Source: Spheniscus humboldti
Lineage: Eukaryota
Direction: 5' to 3'
NCBI GenBank assembly: GCA_027474245.1
Contig: CM049887.1
Coordinates: forward strand, 20,815,762-20,879,761
DNA: 64,000 nucleotides
The translations under genes and the position numbers were made by a program. The notes under the pieces were generated by a model, which was given only the letters and a program-made list of their open reading frames with translations, did no database searches and was not told the DNA's origin. Positions 49,031 to 62,936 of this stretch are shown in pieces. Position 1 is the first letter of the stretch, and each line of letters begins with the position of its first letter.

Positions 49031-50410
49031 GTGAGTAAACTGTACTTTGAAGTTTGTTCTGGTAAAGTTTGCAATACTGGGCACGTCATAATTTTGGTTT
49101 AAGTCAAGGGGAAGAGGGGGAGATTTCGGGGAAAGAAAATGGATCTTGTTTGGGCAGAAAGGTAACTAATAAATCGTGAAATGAAAATGATGTGAGCTAA
49201 CAGAATTAGGAGACACTTGCTTAAACAGTGAGTAAAAAGATGGAAAGGAGGAAAAGGGAATTACTAGAAGTGAAAGATTCCTTAAATTAGAAATACATCC
49301 ATCGGGAAAACTAGAAAATGTATAAGCACTGGACAGTTGAATGTAAACTGTTGTTATGGTATGCCAAATAAAATACCTTGCTAAAAAGCATTAAAAAAAA
49401 TTAGAAACAAACAAAAGAACACCAAACAAAAATGCCATGAAAAGTCAGTGCAGATAGTTAGGGTATTGTTGGGCCCTTAAAGGTCAGCTGTGAGCTGCGA
49501 GTGCCAGGGGTAAAGCTTTCATGCCAGTAAGTGATGGAAATAAAAATCTTCATCGCACAACAGAATGACTGAAGAGCAGCGCAGCGTATGTGGTCTGTGA
49601 AGTGCTCATGTCATATGGTCATGTAAAATATACTGAGCTGATGAATATGGATCCTAAATGGAGACAAAGTAAACATAAAGAGAAGGAACAAGCTCTTTAA
49701 ATATCAGTTTGGAGGAATACTGATAGCTAACGTATCAGGGCAGAAAATCATAACCAACAATCTCTAAACTTCGAGAAGACTCGAGGAGGGTCTCGGAGCT
49801 TCTGCAGCAGGTGAGATTTTGCCAGGAATCCATAGTTAGTGCTGGAAGAACACTGACTCAATGCAAGATCCTTTTATTGGTTTATGATGATTTTATCCTA
49901 ATGATTTATGTATATAATATAAGACAATCTATCAAGTATTTTGTAGTCAAAGCTCATTCTTTTCTATTTTAGTGTTCAGAAAGCCCTGGCTGTGTTCCAT
50001 CTCTGATCTCTTGTGTTTCCCATCAGCTAACATCCTAAATCTATCTTGACAGAAACTGCCTTGTAATGGTCGCTGATAAATGCTGTAGTACTACCAATAT
50101 TCTTATTCTATTTTAAATAGTTATTAGTGCTCTTTCCTTTAGAACATTATTAAATACTTAATTTAAGTATACTAAGTCTAAAAAGTAAGTATAAGATCTA
50201 TAAGCAAACACTCCAATATGATCGTTGCAGCGGTGGTCACAATGGAGGTTAGGGAGCCCTTCTGTAAGGCAGAGAAATTTGTGGAACATTTGCAAAGTGA
50301 AATGTCAGGTAAAAAATGTTTTAGTGCAAACTAGTAAAATACAAATAAATACATTTCCAGGGCAAGGTTGTATTTACCTATGAATTCTAAAGTAACTCAG
50401 TTGGGAAGTT

Positions 50411-51400
50411 ACAGAATCACAGCAACAGAATGGTTGAGGTTTGAAGGGACCTCTGGAGGTCATCTTGTCCAACCCCCCTGCTCAAGCAGGGCCACCGGAG
50501 CTGGTTGCCCAGGACCCTGTCCAGACAGTTTTTGAATATGTCCTCGGATGGAGACCTCATAACCTCCCTGGGCAACCTGTGCCAGTGCTCTGTCATCCTC
50601 ACAGTAAAAAAGTGTTTCCTGATTTTCGGAGGGAACCTCCCGTGTTTCAGTTTGTGCCCATAGTCCCTTGTCTGGTCACTGGGCACCACTGAAAAGAGCT
50701 TGGCTCCATCCTCTTTGCACCCTCACTTCAGGTATTTATATGTATGTATATATATATATACACATTGATAAGATCCCCCTGAGCCTTCTCTTCTCCAGGC
50801 TGAACAGTCCCAGCTCTCTCAGCCTTTGCTCGTAGGAGACATGCTCCAGTCCCTTCATCGTCTTCCTGGCCCTTCGTTGGACTCTCTGCAGTATGTCCAC
50901 ATTTCTCTTGTAGTGAGGAGCCTGGAACTGGACATAGTACTCCAGGTCCCCTCTCTTGACCTACTGGCAGTACTTTGCCTAATGTGGCTCAGGATACCAT
51001 TGGCCACCTTTGCAGCGAGGGCACATTGTTGGCTTGCGTTCAGCCTGGTGTCCGCCAGGTCTTTTTCTGCCAAGCTGCTTTCCAGCTGGGTGACTGCCAG
51101 CATGTCCTGGTGCCTGGGGTTGTTCCTCCCCGGGTGCAGGACTTTGCACTCCTCTTTTTTGAACTTCATGAAGCTCCTGTGGGCCCACTTCTCCAGCCTG
51201 TCCAGGTCCCTCTGGATGGCAGCATGACCCTCTGGTGTATCAGTCACTCCTCCCAGTTTTGTATCATCTGCAAACTTGCAGAGGGTACACTCTGTCCCAT
51301 CATCCAGACTATGAATGAAGATGTTAAACAGGACCGGACCCAGTATTGACCCTGGGGGTGCAACCAGTAGTGACTGGCTTCCGATTAGACTTTGTGCTAC
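50411..51400 (-). mobile_element. CR1 LINE copy F (minus orientation) in an MPHOSPH8 intron, carrying an internal (TA)n microsatellite
   Basis: Minus-strand ORF 50855-51439 reads [35 protein letters not shown]...LDRLEKWA...FKKEECKVLH..., and 50417-50689 reads ...RKHFFTVRMTEHWHRLPREVMRSPS... The + strand at 50411-50470 is the reverse complement of the CR1 3' end (acagaatcacag...gggacctctggaggtcatcttgtccaac). Confidence 0.85.
50737..50761. repeat. (TATG)2(TA)n microsatellite inside CR1 copy F
   Basis: tatgtatgtatatatatatata. Confidence 0.9.
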
Positions 51401-53513
51401 TGATTTTTGCGGAACTAATGTGTTCTGATCCAGTTTCATAGTGGGAGGGAAGGTATTGTGATGCCAGTATTTTTAATGCACTGTAAAGCTTGTCTGAGGC
51501 ATTGTAGATCACTGCATCTAGCTTCTGTCCTGAGCAGATAGAAGCTATAAGGAATGTTTTCTTCTTATAGTAGGCTAAACGGAAAAAGAAGTGTTAAAAG
51601 CATAAAAACTAATAATTTTTCAAACATAGAAAACTTGTTAAAGTGAGTAGGGGCAGTTGAAGTGGATAAATGGAGTATGCTGATTCTTCCCCAGGGAAGG
51701 AAATCATGACTGATGAGTTAAGGTTTTGAAGGCAACAGCAAGCACGCAGGTGAAATATCTGCTGTTCAGTGTATTGAAACTTTGTCACTCATTCACTACT
51801 TGATGCCTTTTCCAGTTTGTTTCCTATTTAAAACCTGCCACCTTCAGTTTTGGCTAATCTGAATAATGAGTTTTGGAAGATCTTGAACATGCAATTTTGC
51901 CAGTGAAATGGCAGTTGAAATTAAATATTGATAAATGCAAAGAGATGTCCAGGGGGTATCGCTGTAGTAATGTAAATTATACAGGGAGTAACACAGCTCT
52001 TGCCAGTTGAGGAAGCTCCTAGATTCATTACCTGAAAATACCAGTTCAGTGCTTCCTGTCAGTCAAAAAGGAAGATAATATAGTAGTAGTGGAGCTGAAA
52101 AGAAAATGTAAATCCATGGTGTCTGAATGCTTTAAATAGCACATGCCATTCCAGTTACATTGCTTCAAAAACAGATGAAGCAAAAAGGAAAAGTAAAGAT
52201 GATCAGAGATACGGAGTAGCTTCTGTGAGGACAGACTGAGGGAGGTGATACGCGTCACCTTGGGACAGGTTAAAAGGTCAAAATTTAAAATAAAATCAGA
52301 AACCAACAATAACAACAAATAAACCAAAGCCATGAGGCAGGTTCTACAGGCCATCCTGTTAAATGATTTAGTGATAGGTTTGACACGGAGGAATATTTTT
52401 GCACAGAAAAACTGAATTATGGATCTCGTTGCAGAATGCTGTGGTAGCAAATGCATGGGATTTTAGAAGGGATTAAGTAGATCTAAGGAGAGGTGCGATT
52501 AGGGTGCAGTCTCTAGTTTTAGATGCCTCTAAATCAGATTGCTGGAAACTAGGGCAGCGTACCAAAAAAAGACAACTTTTTAATTTCCCATCTTTAATAC
52601 GGCTTTATCTAGCATCTTGAAATGAGGCTAGATGGGCTTCCGGGCTTGCTTTGGTATGGCAATTCTTGTGGTTTCTTTCCGATCAAACACTTAGAAGTTA
52701 GATTCTGCAGATGGTAACCTCAGCTAGCCTGGAGGGGAAATGGGCTCTGAATAATAGCTTAAAAAGCTAGAAAGCTGAGAGAGTCAGAACCTTTGCCTTG
52801 CAAAAGCATTTAAAACCCATTTGTGTCAAAACAGCTTTCTGAAGAGGATTATTTAGTAACCTGCTTCTAAAAGTGCCAAATAACTGCTGGTTAATCTGGT
52901 CTCTCTTTTGAAGGCTAGGCTGCTAGCTTAAATTAACACGCCCCAACCCAAAACCCAAACACAAAACCCCAGTTTGGCTATTTAATGGTAGTGTTGCTAC
53001 TTTTTCACTGCGCTTTAGTAGAGTTAATTGGAACTGCATTTTTCCAATAGTATTGCCAGTAAAATTATACAGTGACTTATTTATTTATTTTTACATCGTA
53101 CTTGCAGTCGGGTTGATAAATTAGCCACGCTGGGGAAGTGGTTGTCTGTTTCTGTTTAGCCACTAGGTACATACTGATGTTTTGGGGACATCTTTCTTCA
53201 TAAAGAGCCCTCAAAAATGCATGGCTAGTTGGAATTTTTTTAATCTGCTGCAGTGCATTTGTCTCGGCTTTTTATTTTTGTGGACCCGATAGATGAATTT
53301 CACAAACAGATCGCTGATAAAATGTTTTATTAACAAAGTATTGGGACTTGGGGTTCACCTATGCATAAATGCTAGTGATGAAGGCATTCACTCCTGAAAA
53401 TCAGGAATCCAAAAGGGATTCTGGAATCTTTTTTTGCGTCAGCTCTCATTAAGTCTGTCTGGTAAAGTTATTTTACTATGTGAAGTACAGGTCTTGCTTG
53501 TTTGGTCTTTTAG

Positions 53514-53668
53514 GCTCTCGAGAGTAGCAGAAGATACCATCAGGGATTATTTTGAAGCTCGTCTTGCTTTGCTGGAGCCAGTCTTTCCAATTGCATGTCA
53601 TCGTCTCTGTGAAGGGCCAGACTTTTCTACGGATTTTAACTATAAACCCCCACAAAATGTGCCAGAAG
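53514..53668 (+). CDS. MPHOSPH8: MPHOSPH8 exon 11: LSRVAEDTIRDYFEARLALLEPVFPIACHRLCEGPDFSTDFNYKPPQNVPE(G)
   Basis: Acceptor ggtcttttag| and donor |gtaggg. Its first base completes the codon carried over from the previous exon, and it leaves one base over. Confidence 0.85.
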
Positions 53669-55000
53669 GTAGGGGGTTTGTTGTGGTGGTGGGTTTTTAT
53701 TTGGTTTTAAAAAAAAAAAAAAGGCAGAACAGTGCATTAAGAAACTGCCTCGTAAGTATGTCTTAAAGTATCTGCTATGCAAAATTATTTTTGCATGACA
53801 TTGTATTGCAGTATATTATATTACGGATGCTCCGGTAATGGAGTATAGGGAGAGGAGCAGTGTTCTGATGCGTTGTGGGTGGGGTTTGTGTGTATCTTTT
53901 TATTTTTTTAAAGAGGTTTTTTTTATTGCCACATACACACCTGCTTTCTTCTGTTCATGGGTTACCTTAGCTTTGTGAGGGTTACATAAGCTAAGTGACA
54001 GGTGTTATGGAAAGGAGTGGTTTACCTTAGAATTAATAATTTTGAAAAATCTTAATCTAAGAGCATACTTGGAAAATCTCACAGTGGATCATCTTGTTCT
54101 GTAGACGGTACCTAACGCACTGGAGTCTTGGAGTACAGTCACAGCACTATCATGATACAAATGCAATCTAGAAATACTGTAAAAATTAAGGCAGCATCAA
54201 TCAACTCTGTTTTGCCCACAGACCCTTTGAAAAACCCCTGGGAATCATTCCCAAGATAGTTGGGAATGTTTCTTCATTCTTTCAGGAATCCAGATACTAA
54301 TCTCTGATGTTTGGCTTAGCTAAGTCATTTTTATTCACCTGTTGAGCATATCAGGGAAATAGCTACTGATACTGATTTTTCTCGAAATAATACGTTAATG
54401 TGACTGAAGTACTACTTAAGTTTGAAAGTGGTCGTGTCTGCCTGGTTTTCTGGTTGTTAAGAGTTGTACTATAAGTCTTTGAGTTCTTGATTATAGGTAT
54501 CCTTTACAGAATTAAGAAACCTTATATAAGTTTTTATGTATTAAAATGAGGCATTTGTGGATACTGAAGATTGTTGCTTACTGGATTTCAGTGCAGTTCA
54601 TAAAGATCTATAATTGACTGGGCTCGGTTGTCCTTGCCAAGAGAACAGACAACCCAGACCACGTATTAAATTCATAACTCTCTTTAGGTTAACTTAAAAC
54701 CATAGAGGTGAACCGTACCAAGGATTGCTGTAGCCATTTTGCTTTCCTTTCTAATAGCCACGTAAAATTATTTCTGCTGCCAAAAGACCTTAACTCAGTG
54801 ACCAAGTCAGTTGTTCTGCGCTGGGATCCACTGGCTTGGGAGATTGGATTTCTGCATGTTGCTTCGATACTCCATTGGTGTTTAATATCTACGATATAAT
54901 ATTTATATTTGTACCTGTCTTCAAATGTTCAGTGCCTGCAGCTGTTCTAAATAATGGATCTCACTTCAAATTCATGTGACTGAATTGCCTTCCCTTTCAG

Positions 55001-55128
55001 GATCTGGAATTCTTCTCTTTGTTTTCCATGCAAATTTCTTTGGTAAAGAAGTCATTGCTCGGCTCTGTGGACCATGCAGTGTACAAGCTGTGGTTTTAAA
55101 CGACAAATTCCAGCTCCCTGTATTTTTG
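55001..55128 (+). CDS. MPHOSPH8: MPHOSPH8 exon 12: (G)SGILLFVFHANFFGKEVIARLCGPCSVQAVVLNDKFQLPVFL
   Basis: Acceptor tccctttcag| and donor |gtaaat. Confidence 0.85.
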
Positions 55129-55370
55129 GTAAATCTTTTCATAGAACTGAGTGACTGTAAAACTGCGTTATAAAGTCTTTATGGAGCAGCCTGGGAAATC
55201 TTAGTGCCTTAATTTGGATTTTGAGTATTGTGATGAAGCACTTTTTTATCATGATAGGGTTTTTTTAAAATGAAACTTAACTCTTCTTTGTATATGGAGA
55301 GAACTACAAACCTTGCATGTACTAGACTCCATAAAAATTTATGCCTTTTAAAAGGCAGGGACATAGTGCT

Positions 55371-55480
55371 GGACAGCCTGCTTCTGGGTGGCCCTGCTTG
55401 AGCACCAGATGGTGCCTGGTTGGACCAGATGACCTCCAGAGGTCCCTTCCGACCTCAACCCTTCTGTGATTCTGTGACTT
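55371..55480 (+). mobile_element. CR1 3'-terminal fragment in an MPHOSPH8 intron
   Basis: ggacagcctgcttctgggtgg...ggaccagatgacctccagaggtcccttccgacctcaacccttctgtgattctgtgacttc, the canonical CR1 3' UTR hairpin plus ATTCTRTG repeats. Confidence 0.75.
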
Positions 55481-55855
55481 CAGAACTGAGGGTTTGAGCA
55501 GGCAGATGAGAACTCTGAATTTAAAGCTGTTTCACTTCCCAAATTCACCTAGCCTCTCAAATTTTTGACCCAACTAAATTCTTAAACCAGGGCAAAGTAG
55601 TTGTATTTAACAACCTACCTCATATTTCTAATGATTAATTTCTTTTTTTTGATTTTTTTTTTTAATCTATTAAATGCATCGCCATGCTTTTTCAAGTCCT
55701 CTTGTTTTCTCCGTGGTTGCACCAAAGGTTCTTTGCAGTATATACAACTTTCTTTCAAAACGTGTAGTTAAAATGTTGTGTTCTGTTAGTCCACTCACAT
55801 AGCGCTTTCAGCCATATCCTGCCATTAACTTTGTCTATTTTCTTTTACTTTTCAG

Positions 55856-55939
55856 GATAGTCACTTTATTTATTCCTTCAGCCCTACGGCAGGCCTTAAC
55901 AAGCTTTTTATACGGTTGGCAGAAGCTCCTACTGCCAAG
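55856..55939 (+). CDS. MPHOSPH8: MPHOSPH8 exon 13: DSHFIYSFSPTAGLNKLFIRLAEAPTAK
   Basis: Acceptor cttttcag| and donor |gtacaa, 84 nt. Confidence 0.8.
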
Positions 55940-56851
55940 GTACAAAATGCTCTCAAAATGAAACGCGTATGTTAATTTGTTGTACAATAACTCTTCCATA
56001 GTCGAAATGCTTCTAGCTATATGTTGCAAAAGTAAAACGAAGGACTTTCCACTGTCTCCTCATCCCAGTTCCCACCAGTTACAGCTCCATCCTGTGACAC
56101 TGCCAGAACCTAGGAACATTGCCAAGGGTGTTAGTTCTGTCATAATTAGATGTTTTTATGCTGCAGTCAGAATAATTCATGCACCAGGATAAAGTAATGT
56201 TACAACTAAACATTTTCGCCGTCTGTATCGTGAATTTAATGACTAATAGATACATGGAGTGTCAGTTATTTTTTGCATACAGGTGTTTCTGCTTGTGTGT
56301 TTAGGAGAACTTGGAAGTATTTACTACGAGTCTGCTTTTAAATAGTCTGTGTAGTCTGTTGTATTTTCCAGGTGGTTTGGGGAGTAGTCCCACTACATGT
56401 TGCAAGATGAGTAACAAATCCTGTTCTGGTAGCATTTATTTTATCCTTGGAAGATGCACCAGTACATTTTCTAGATCTTCAGATTTAAAACTTACATTCT
56501 CACATGTTTTATTGTGCTGTTTTTTCTTTTTTTTTTAAGGGGAAAAAATTGAACTCGTATTCTGATGGAAGTGCATGTCTATGTCTAGTTCAGGTTTGGG
56601 GCTAACTTGTTTAAACACCACACAATGCAGTAGTATTCTCCTTGAGTCCTTTCTCAGCCATTCATACTTCAGCAGGGCTGCTGTAAACTGGTTTTATTAA
56701 ACACAGATTGTAAATTCCTTTTTTTTTTTCCTCTTTCTCCATCACTAGCAATTGTACGCCTTTTCTCATGCCTTTCTTATATTAGAAGAAGTGTTTAACA
56801 CAGTAGTTAACGTGACCAATCTTTATACGAAACCTTTGTTTGCTTTTACAG

Positions 56852-56893
56852 GTGAAGCTGCTAATAGGCGCATACCGAGTGCAGTTGCAGTGA
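56852..56893 (+). CDS. MPHOSPH8: MPHOSPH8 terminal coding exon: VKLLIGAYRVQLQ*
   Basis: Acceptor gcttttacag|, stop TGA at 56891-56893, followed by the 3' UTR. Confidence 0.8.
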   Translation: MKLLIGAYRVQLQ

Positions 56894-59800
56894 CCTCACA
56901 GCTGCGAGCATGTTGAGCGGACTGACACTTTTTTGGATGTACTTCTGATGTCCTCTGTTTAGAGACTGACAAAGCAGTTTGGAATGTTTTGGCACCACAC
57001 TCTCAAGACTAAGTTCCCATCTCACTGTCGCTCGTTGGCAGTCACATAGGAAAGTGTGTGTTGGAGAGCAGCTGAACGCTGCACTGGTGGGACAGGGTTG
57101 TCAGCTTTTTTTACTCTGTACAGATGTAGATGTAAGTATTTGTGCCAATACATATAATTCTGTTTTTCTTTAACTTGTGGAGTCCAGACTGCGTATTTCA
57201 GCTTTTCCACAATGTGGAATGGTGCATATAAGAACTATTTAAGGTAACCATGTGAAATGTCTTTTTTAATAGAAAGATCTTTTCCATTTGTAAACTAAAA
57301 TTTTTTACTTACTCTAACTGTAACGTTTCTATGTAAAATGCAGAACTGTCATATTCTTGGAGCTGTGGGCAGAAATCACACGTCGAAGTCACTGCATTAG
57401 ATTTAACTTTGAATTGCTGAGGCCTGTGTTCTGGTTTGAAACTTTCCCCGCTACCGTCTCCCGATGAGAAAGCGGTTGTGCTTAGAGTGCTTCCCTTAAA
57501 ACAAGCACAGTTAGGTCTGCAGGTATGAACAAAGACATCTGAATAGGCTCAATTCACAGAGGATCGCAATCAGATTCCCAGTTGTTACATCAGTTTTAAA
57601 ACTGCTTTTGTATTAGAGAAGCAACCGATGATAGTCTTACAGACATCTGAACTTTTGAGTTCTCAGTCAAGTTGCATACGGGAAAACAAATACAAGCTGA
57701 AAATAGCAAACCAGAAAACTTGTAACCACCTTAAATGTGCAGGCAAGGCTTTTTGTAGACGAGAAGATTCATAGAGGATTTCAGATGTTCTCAGCCTGAC
57801 AGCTGAGAACATGTATTGTCCTTCAATTCAGAAATCAGTTCCTCAGTGCAAAGAAAGAGCTGCCTTTTTTTTTTTTCTTTCTTTTACTTAAATGACCCAT
57901 TTTATCAGATGACAGCAGTTCTGTTAATGGTCCAAATACAAATGTAATACTTCTGCATGAAGTATAGAATATTTTTCTTTGTAAATGAACCATCTAGGAA
58001 ATGTTTAAAAAAAAAAAGGAAAAAAAAGGGGGGGGGGGAAACCCCAAACCTGATTGTGCCTTTGCTGTTCTGGTTGCCACGTGTAGTTTACATGCCACTA
58101 TGTGCCTATATTGTTAGCAAAACTATCGTGGATAAATTCTTAATGTATTTGAGTGCTCACCATCAAAATGGTGCAGAAGTATTAAGTATCCTTTGAAGAA
58201 CTGTTGACTTTTTAATATAAAGTTCAATTAACCAGTTTTTAATGTTTGGTTCTTGAAAGTTTAAAACTTTCATATTTAAGAGATGCCAAATGAGTAAGTA
58301 ACAAAGCACACTATTTCAATTTTGTGGAATGTCACATTAAGCTATATAAAACTAGAACAGCAACATGACATGCAAACACTCATTTCTGTTTTGATTTAGA
58401 CTAGTTGCCTATCTATCTTTTTTGCAAACAGTATTGATGAGCTGTTAACAAGTCTGGGTTTTGAGCAGACTTGGTACCTCCACCTCTCTGAAATATGTTA
58501 GATACCTCATTTTGCAAAGTGTGAACACCTGAAATGCATGAAAAACACTGGCTGAGGATCAGGTCTGTCACCACTGGCACTGGGGACTTTGTGTAGCTAT
58601 AGTTCTTCTTGGTCACTGTGCGTAACCCTGGGTGATGAGTAAGGAAGGGGGGATGTTTGTTTCATTATGTTGGAGTGACAGTTCTCATGTACACAGCTAC
58701 CCCTTCCCCAGTTACTCCTGCATTGTACATGTAATGGTAGAGTGTGTGTGTGATAAGCTCTGTACAGCACATGTTGGTGGTAAATGTTTGAGCTGTTCAA
58801 GGTGGGGACAAAAGGTTTTTGAACAAATGTCCAATAATATAGATGCTATTTAGGAACTGTTGTACAGTCTAACCCAGAAATGTCTAGTAATGCTCCAAGA
58901 GTTGACATAGCAAGTAGTTTGTCAAAGGCGGCTGATTTGGGGGGGTTTGTTTTCTTTGGGGTTTTGTGTTTGGTTTTTTGTTTTTTTTTTTTTCTTGAGA
59001 CACTTGGAGAGAGGGAAGAGTTTACAGGACATAGGAATAAAATTTGGGTTCATGATGCTTTTACTGAGGGATGGATTTTGCAGCCATCTTTCTTTTAGAT
59101 GGTGATATAAATTCAGAATCCCTACTGAAGATGCATAAAAGTCATATGAAAAGATGTTTGAAGCTGGTTTTTGTCTGATTTTATTATGGTTTTTATTCAG
59201 TTGCTAAGAAAAAGGTTTTGGTGGACAAAAGATGAACACAAAGTAGCTACAATAAAAAACATTCTTCAGGCACTGCAGAGAAACACCTTTGAAGTACTTG
59301 CTCAGTTTCTTCTTGCTGCTATCTGTCAGCAAGGCAAAGCAAAGCAGCTGCAGTTACTATAAACTGCAATGGCAATAAATTGTTCTGAAGGCTTGGATTC
59401 ATTATCTTTCACTGCTACATCATCAGTACTTGTGATCCTGGCTTCTTCCACAGATACTGAGGGTTGGTGGGTAACACAGCTGACTTTATCACAGGTCCTT
59501 TGTGCTTTCTGCACCCATTTTTCAAAAATGAGATGTCTTTGATCAGTCTGAAATGGAAGACTAGCTGCCATCTTAGTCAGCTAGGACTGCTCAGAGTGCC
59601 TGAGGGCCATCCTAAAATGTTCTGCCTGTCTGTACCTGCTATAATTCTGTTATCACCATTTGCCTTCCCATACAGTACTGGAAAACAGCCAGTGTAAAAT
59701 CTTCTTCCTTCAGGTCAGTCTTTCAGAGCAGCGGCAGGCTGATAGCATGGGAGCTGAGACAGCGTTGCTATAGGAATGTATCACACGGGGTCTTTAGTTT

Positions 59801-62242
59801 TGCTGGAGTCACCCTCTGTAACATGGAGGTGTAATGGAGTCTTACCTTTTAAGAGAAGGATAAAGGCCACATTCTTCTAAGCTAGTGGTGCAGTGTGGTT
59901 AAAATTCCTCAGCTTTTCTGTGTCCCACATTAAATGGGGAAAATGTTTTTCAGATTCTGAACCTGTCTTAAAATGTTTGAGTGAAAGGCAAAGACAAGGG
60001 TTAAGAAAAAAATACTAAAAGCAGACAAAAGACAGCATGGAATACAGATTTGAGCAGGATTAAAGTTAAAAAAAAGGTTAAAAAAGGGTCTCAAAAAAGA
60101 GTACAGCAGCTAGGAGGAAGGGACCAGGCAGAAGATGGTTCTTTTTGATTTCACGTCAACTGTTTCTCCACAGCAGTCTCAACTGTTGTGTGGGATAACT
60201 ACAACCGAATTGTTTTCAAGAATTTCTGTAATAGTTCCTACGTGATTTGAATTGTAGGAACTCCTCTGTGGTTAGCTACTGTTGGCGTGGACTCATTTAT
60301 AGTAGATGGGTCAGACCTTAACATTGCCTGGCTCCTCTCATACGCATGCCACCCTTAAAACGAGGGTGGGCTTAGCTCTGGCTTTTAAGACAACCAAAAC
60401 CATGTCTGTGGGAACTGATGACATTGTCACCATACCCAGGGAGACCACTGCCTGCTCCAAAGCTGGAGGACAGTATTACCCATGCAGTGACATCTTGATC
60501 CTTATCACAGCCCCTCACTTTCTGACAAGAAGCGTTGTTCCCTCCAGCTGTTACTTGTACAGACTTTCAATAGCCAAGTGGAGAGAATATGAATTTGGGG
60601 AAGAAAAGCCCAATTAGGCCTGTTACAGCAGTTGTTCATCTTACACTGAACACCATCATCCCTATTATGGGAGAAAAGCTGCTATCCCTGCCACAAACGG
60701 TAACAGCCAGAGAGCCCCAGCCTGCAAAGGCTGTGCTTGCTTTTTTTTTTTTTTAAAAAGGCTTTACTAAGCAGGTTGTGCTGTCCTGCTGGGAAAGTCT
60801 GCACAGGAGATGTGCAAGCATTTCAGATTTCCCTTGCTTTCCTAGATCTGTCGCCTCCACTGTCTTAATAGTCAACAGTTCGTATTTCTGTGAACAGTAG
60901 GATGGTCTCTAAACCACAAGTGATCATCACCCCACATGACCCCCCAGTCTGGGTCCCCTGCATTCACCCTTCCTGAAACAGAAGGGTCACCAGGAACTCC
61001 CAGTGGTTCCACAGTGTGGGGAGACCAATTAAGTACAGCAGGACAGTACTGACTTGCACTATTTTTATTAGCAGTATGATGCAACACTTGCATACACTGA
61101 AAAGTATACAAGACTTCCTCATTACTCTGCATCGCTAAGACAGACCATCTTCTCTATCCCCTTCCATTACACAGCTCAAGAGAAGACTTCCTACCCCCCA
61201 CCTCCTGTTTTCCAGACTAAACAAACCCCGCCATTTATCCCCATAGCTCCTATGCTCTAACCTCCTGATCATCTTGGGGCTTGTCTGGTCACAGCACTCC
61301 AGCTGCAGTCTCGGAAGCGCTGAACAGAGAGGAGAGATTGCTTTGCTTGCCCCTGCTCAGCTGTGCTCTTCTAACGGAGCCCAGGATGACCCCATCAGCA
61401 AAGCTGATTCTGCAAAGCTGCTTCGCAACCAGTCTGTGCCCAGGCTGCACAACTGCATCAAGTGAACTCGGTACCCACTGCAGGACTGCACATTTGCCTT
61501 GTTTGAACTCGGTGAGGTTCCTGTCAGGCCCTCAATTCGTGTTCACTGCCTTGTTGATTTCAGGAAATAGAAAATAAACATCCTGTTATTCATAGATCAA
61601 TTTGAAACAGTTTTATAATAGATACAGAAACCCTGACAAAAACATGGTGATATATTACAGTGCAATGTTAAAATCTCATCGCATCAAAATTCACCTTCCA
61701 TTATTCATTTCATTCATGGTTTTTTATATTTTTATTGGGCTACATTAAAACAGCAGGCATTTTTATCATAACTTCCAACTCAAACTTAACTGCACAAACA
61801 GTGAAATCTTGCTGCAGTTTTAATCTCCCCATTGGTTAACGTTTCGTTCCAGTCCTTTTAAGCTGTTGCTGGCTCATACAATTTCTCTAGGTAACTAATA
61901 CTTCTGAGCTCTTTTAAACTCTAATGCAACTTAAACACAATCCACACTATTGTTTTTTCTTTAAACATAAACCCCACCACTTTCCTATCTTTTGTCACAT
62001 ATTTTAGTGCTTGAAAATACCTTCTTACTCATTTCATTTAACTCCAAAGGCTTTTTTTATGTCCAAAACCAATCATTTAACCAAGGAGCAGCCTTCTAAT
62101 ATATCATTTACTCTGATCCCTGTTCTGGCATGTACAAACTTCAATTCTTTTAGCAACACCACTTCCCAGTACTAGTATTGGAGGTCCGGAAAGAAAATCT
62201 GCTTCCAGAACAGCCTAGATAAAAAGGGAGTAAAGACCTCAG

Positions 62243-62331
62243 TTACACATCAAAGTTGGCCAACATCAGCTTCACTATGAAATGCTCGACTTTGCTTAAC
62301 ACTGGGTAGGTACCACCTTCTCTGCCGGAGG
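62243..62331 (-). CDS. Candidate terminal coding exon of an unidentified minus-strand gene: (A)SGREGGTYPVLSKVEHFIVKLMLANFDV*
   Basis: Minus-strand acceptor tgttactgtcttcag|. Its first two bases complete the codon left open by exon 62817-62936, and it runs to a TAA stop whose + strand reverse complement is at 62243-62245. Confidence 0.4.
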
Positions 62332-62816
62332 CTGAAGACAGTAACATCACAAAAGCTGTAACTCGTCTCCTCATACAGGAGAGGGCATCTTGAACATCAC
62401 AAGCAGACATCGTATTCAGACTCTTCTGATGGGTCTTTTCCAATCCAGGGTGCTGGTGGGGGACACACCACCTCCATGCTGGTCCCCTTCCCACCATTTC
62501 AAACAGCCCTGTTCCCTCAGGCCTCACAGGGCAGACCTGTCTACAAGCAGAAAGAATACAGCTAAGTGAGAGTGATCAATTCATCCCTCTCCCCTGTTCA
62601 GCTAGGTGCTACAGATTTAATTACTATTTTACTAGATTAACAGCATTACTCTTGTGCCCAGGAGCATAGAGAGCAATGAAGAAACAAAGAACACCTGTTA
62701 AGCACAAAAGTAATACAAAGAGACTGATAACAGAACGCAAATGGAACGGATTACATCACAAGAATCACAACCACTGTTAAGTGCTCTAACGAGTGACAAC
62801 ACGATTATATTCTCAC

Positions 62817-62936
62817 CCGCGGTGGTCCTTGTAATTCCAACTTGAAGAGCAGCATCTTGTACATAGTCACAGTATAGCAGAAAGCCATCTTCGGTTCCAA
62901 GGGTGCATAGCCACCAGCGGTTTTCATTGAAACCTA
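62817..62936 (-). CDS. Candidate exon of an unidentified minus-strand gene: (V)GFNENRWWLCTLGTEDGFLLYCDYVQDAALQVGITRTTA(A)
   Basis: Minus-strand acceptor ttatttcctgaaaatgttctccattgcag| and strong donor |gtgaga. It begins with the last two bases of a codon, carries 39 whole codons, and leaves one base over. The RWWLCTL...DGFLLYCDY sequence resembles the beta1-beta2 region of PH domains (WKRRWFVL...L.YYK). Confidence 0.4.

Noticed and set aside
59036-59379. AATAAA hexamers at 59036 and 59374 (and 61573) as the MPHOSPH8 poly(A) signal
   Set aside because: Several candidates lie 2.1-4.7 kb after the stop. I cannot choose among them from sequence alone, so no terminator feature was called.
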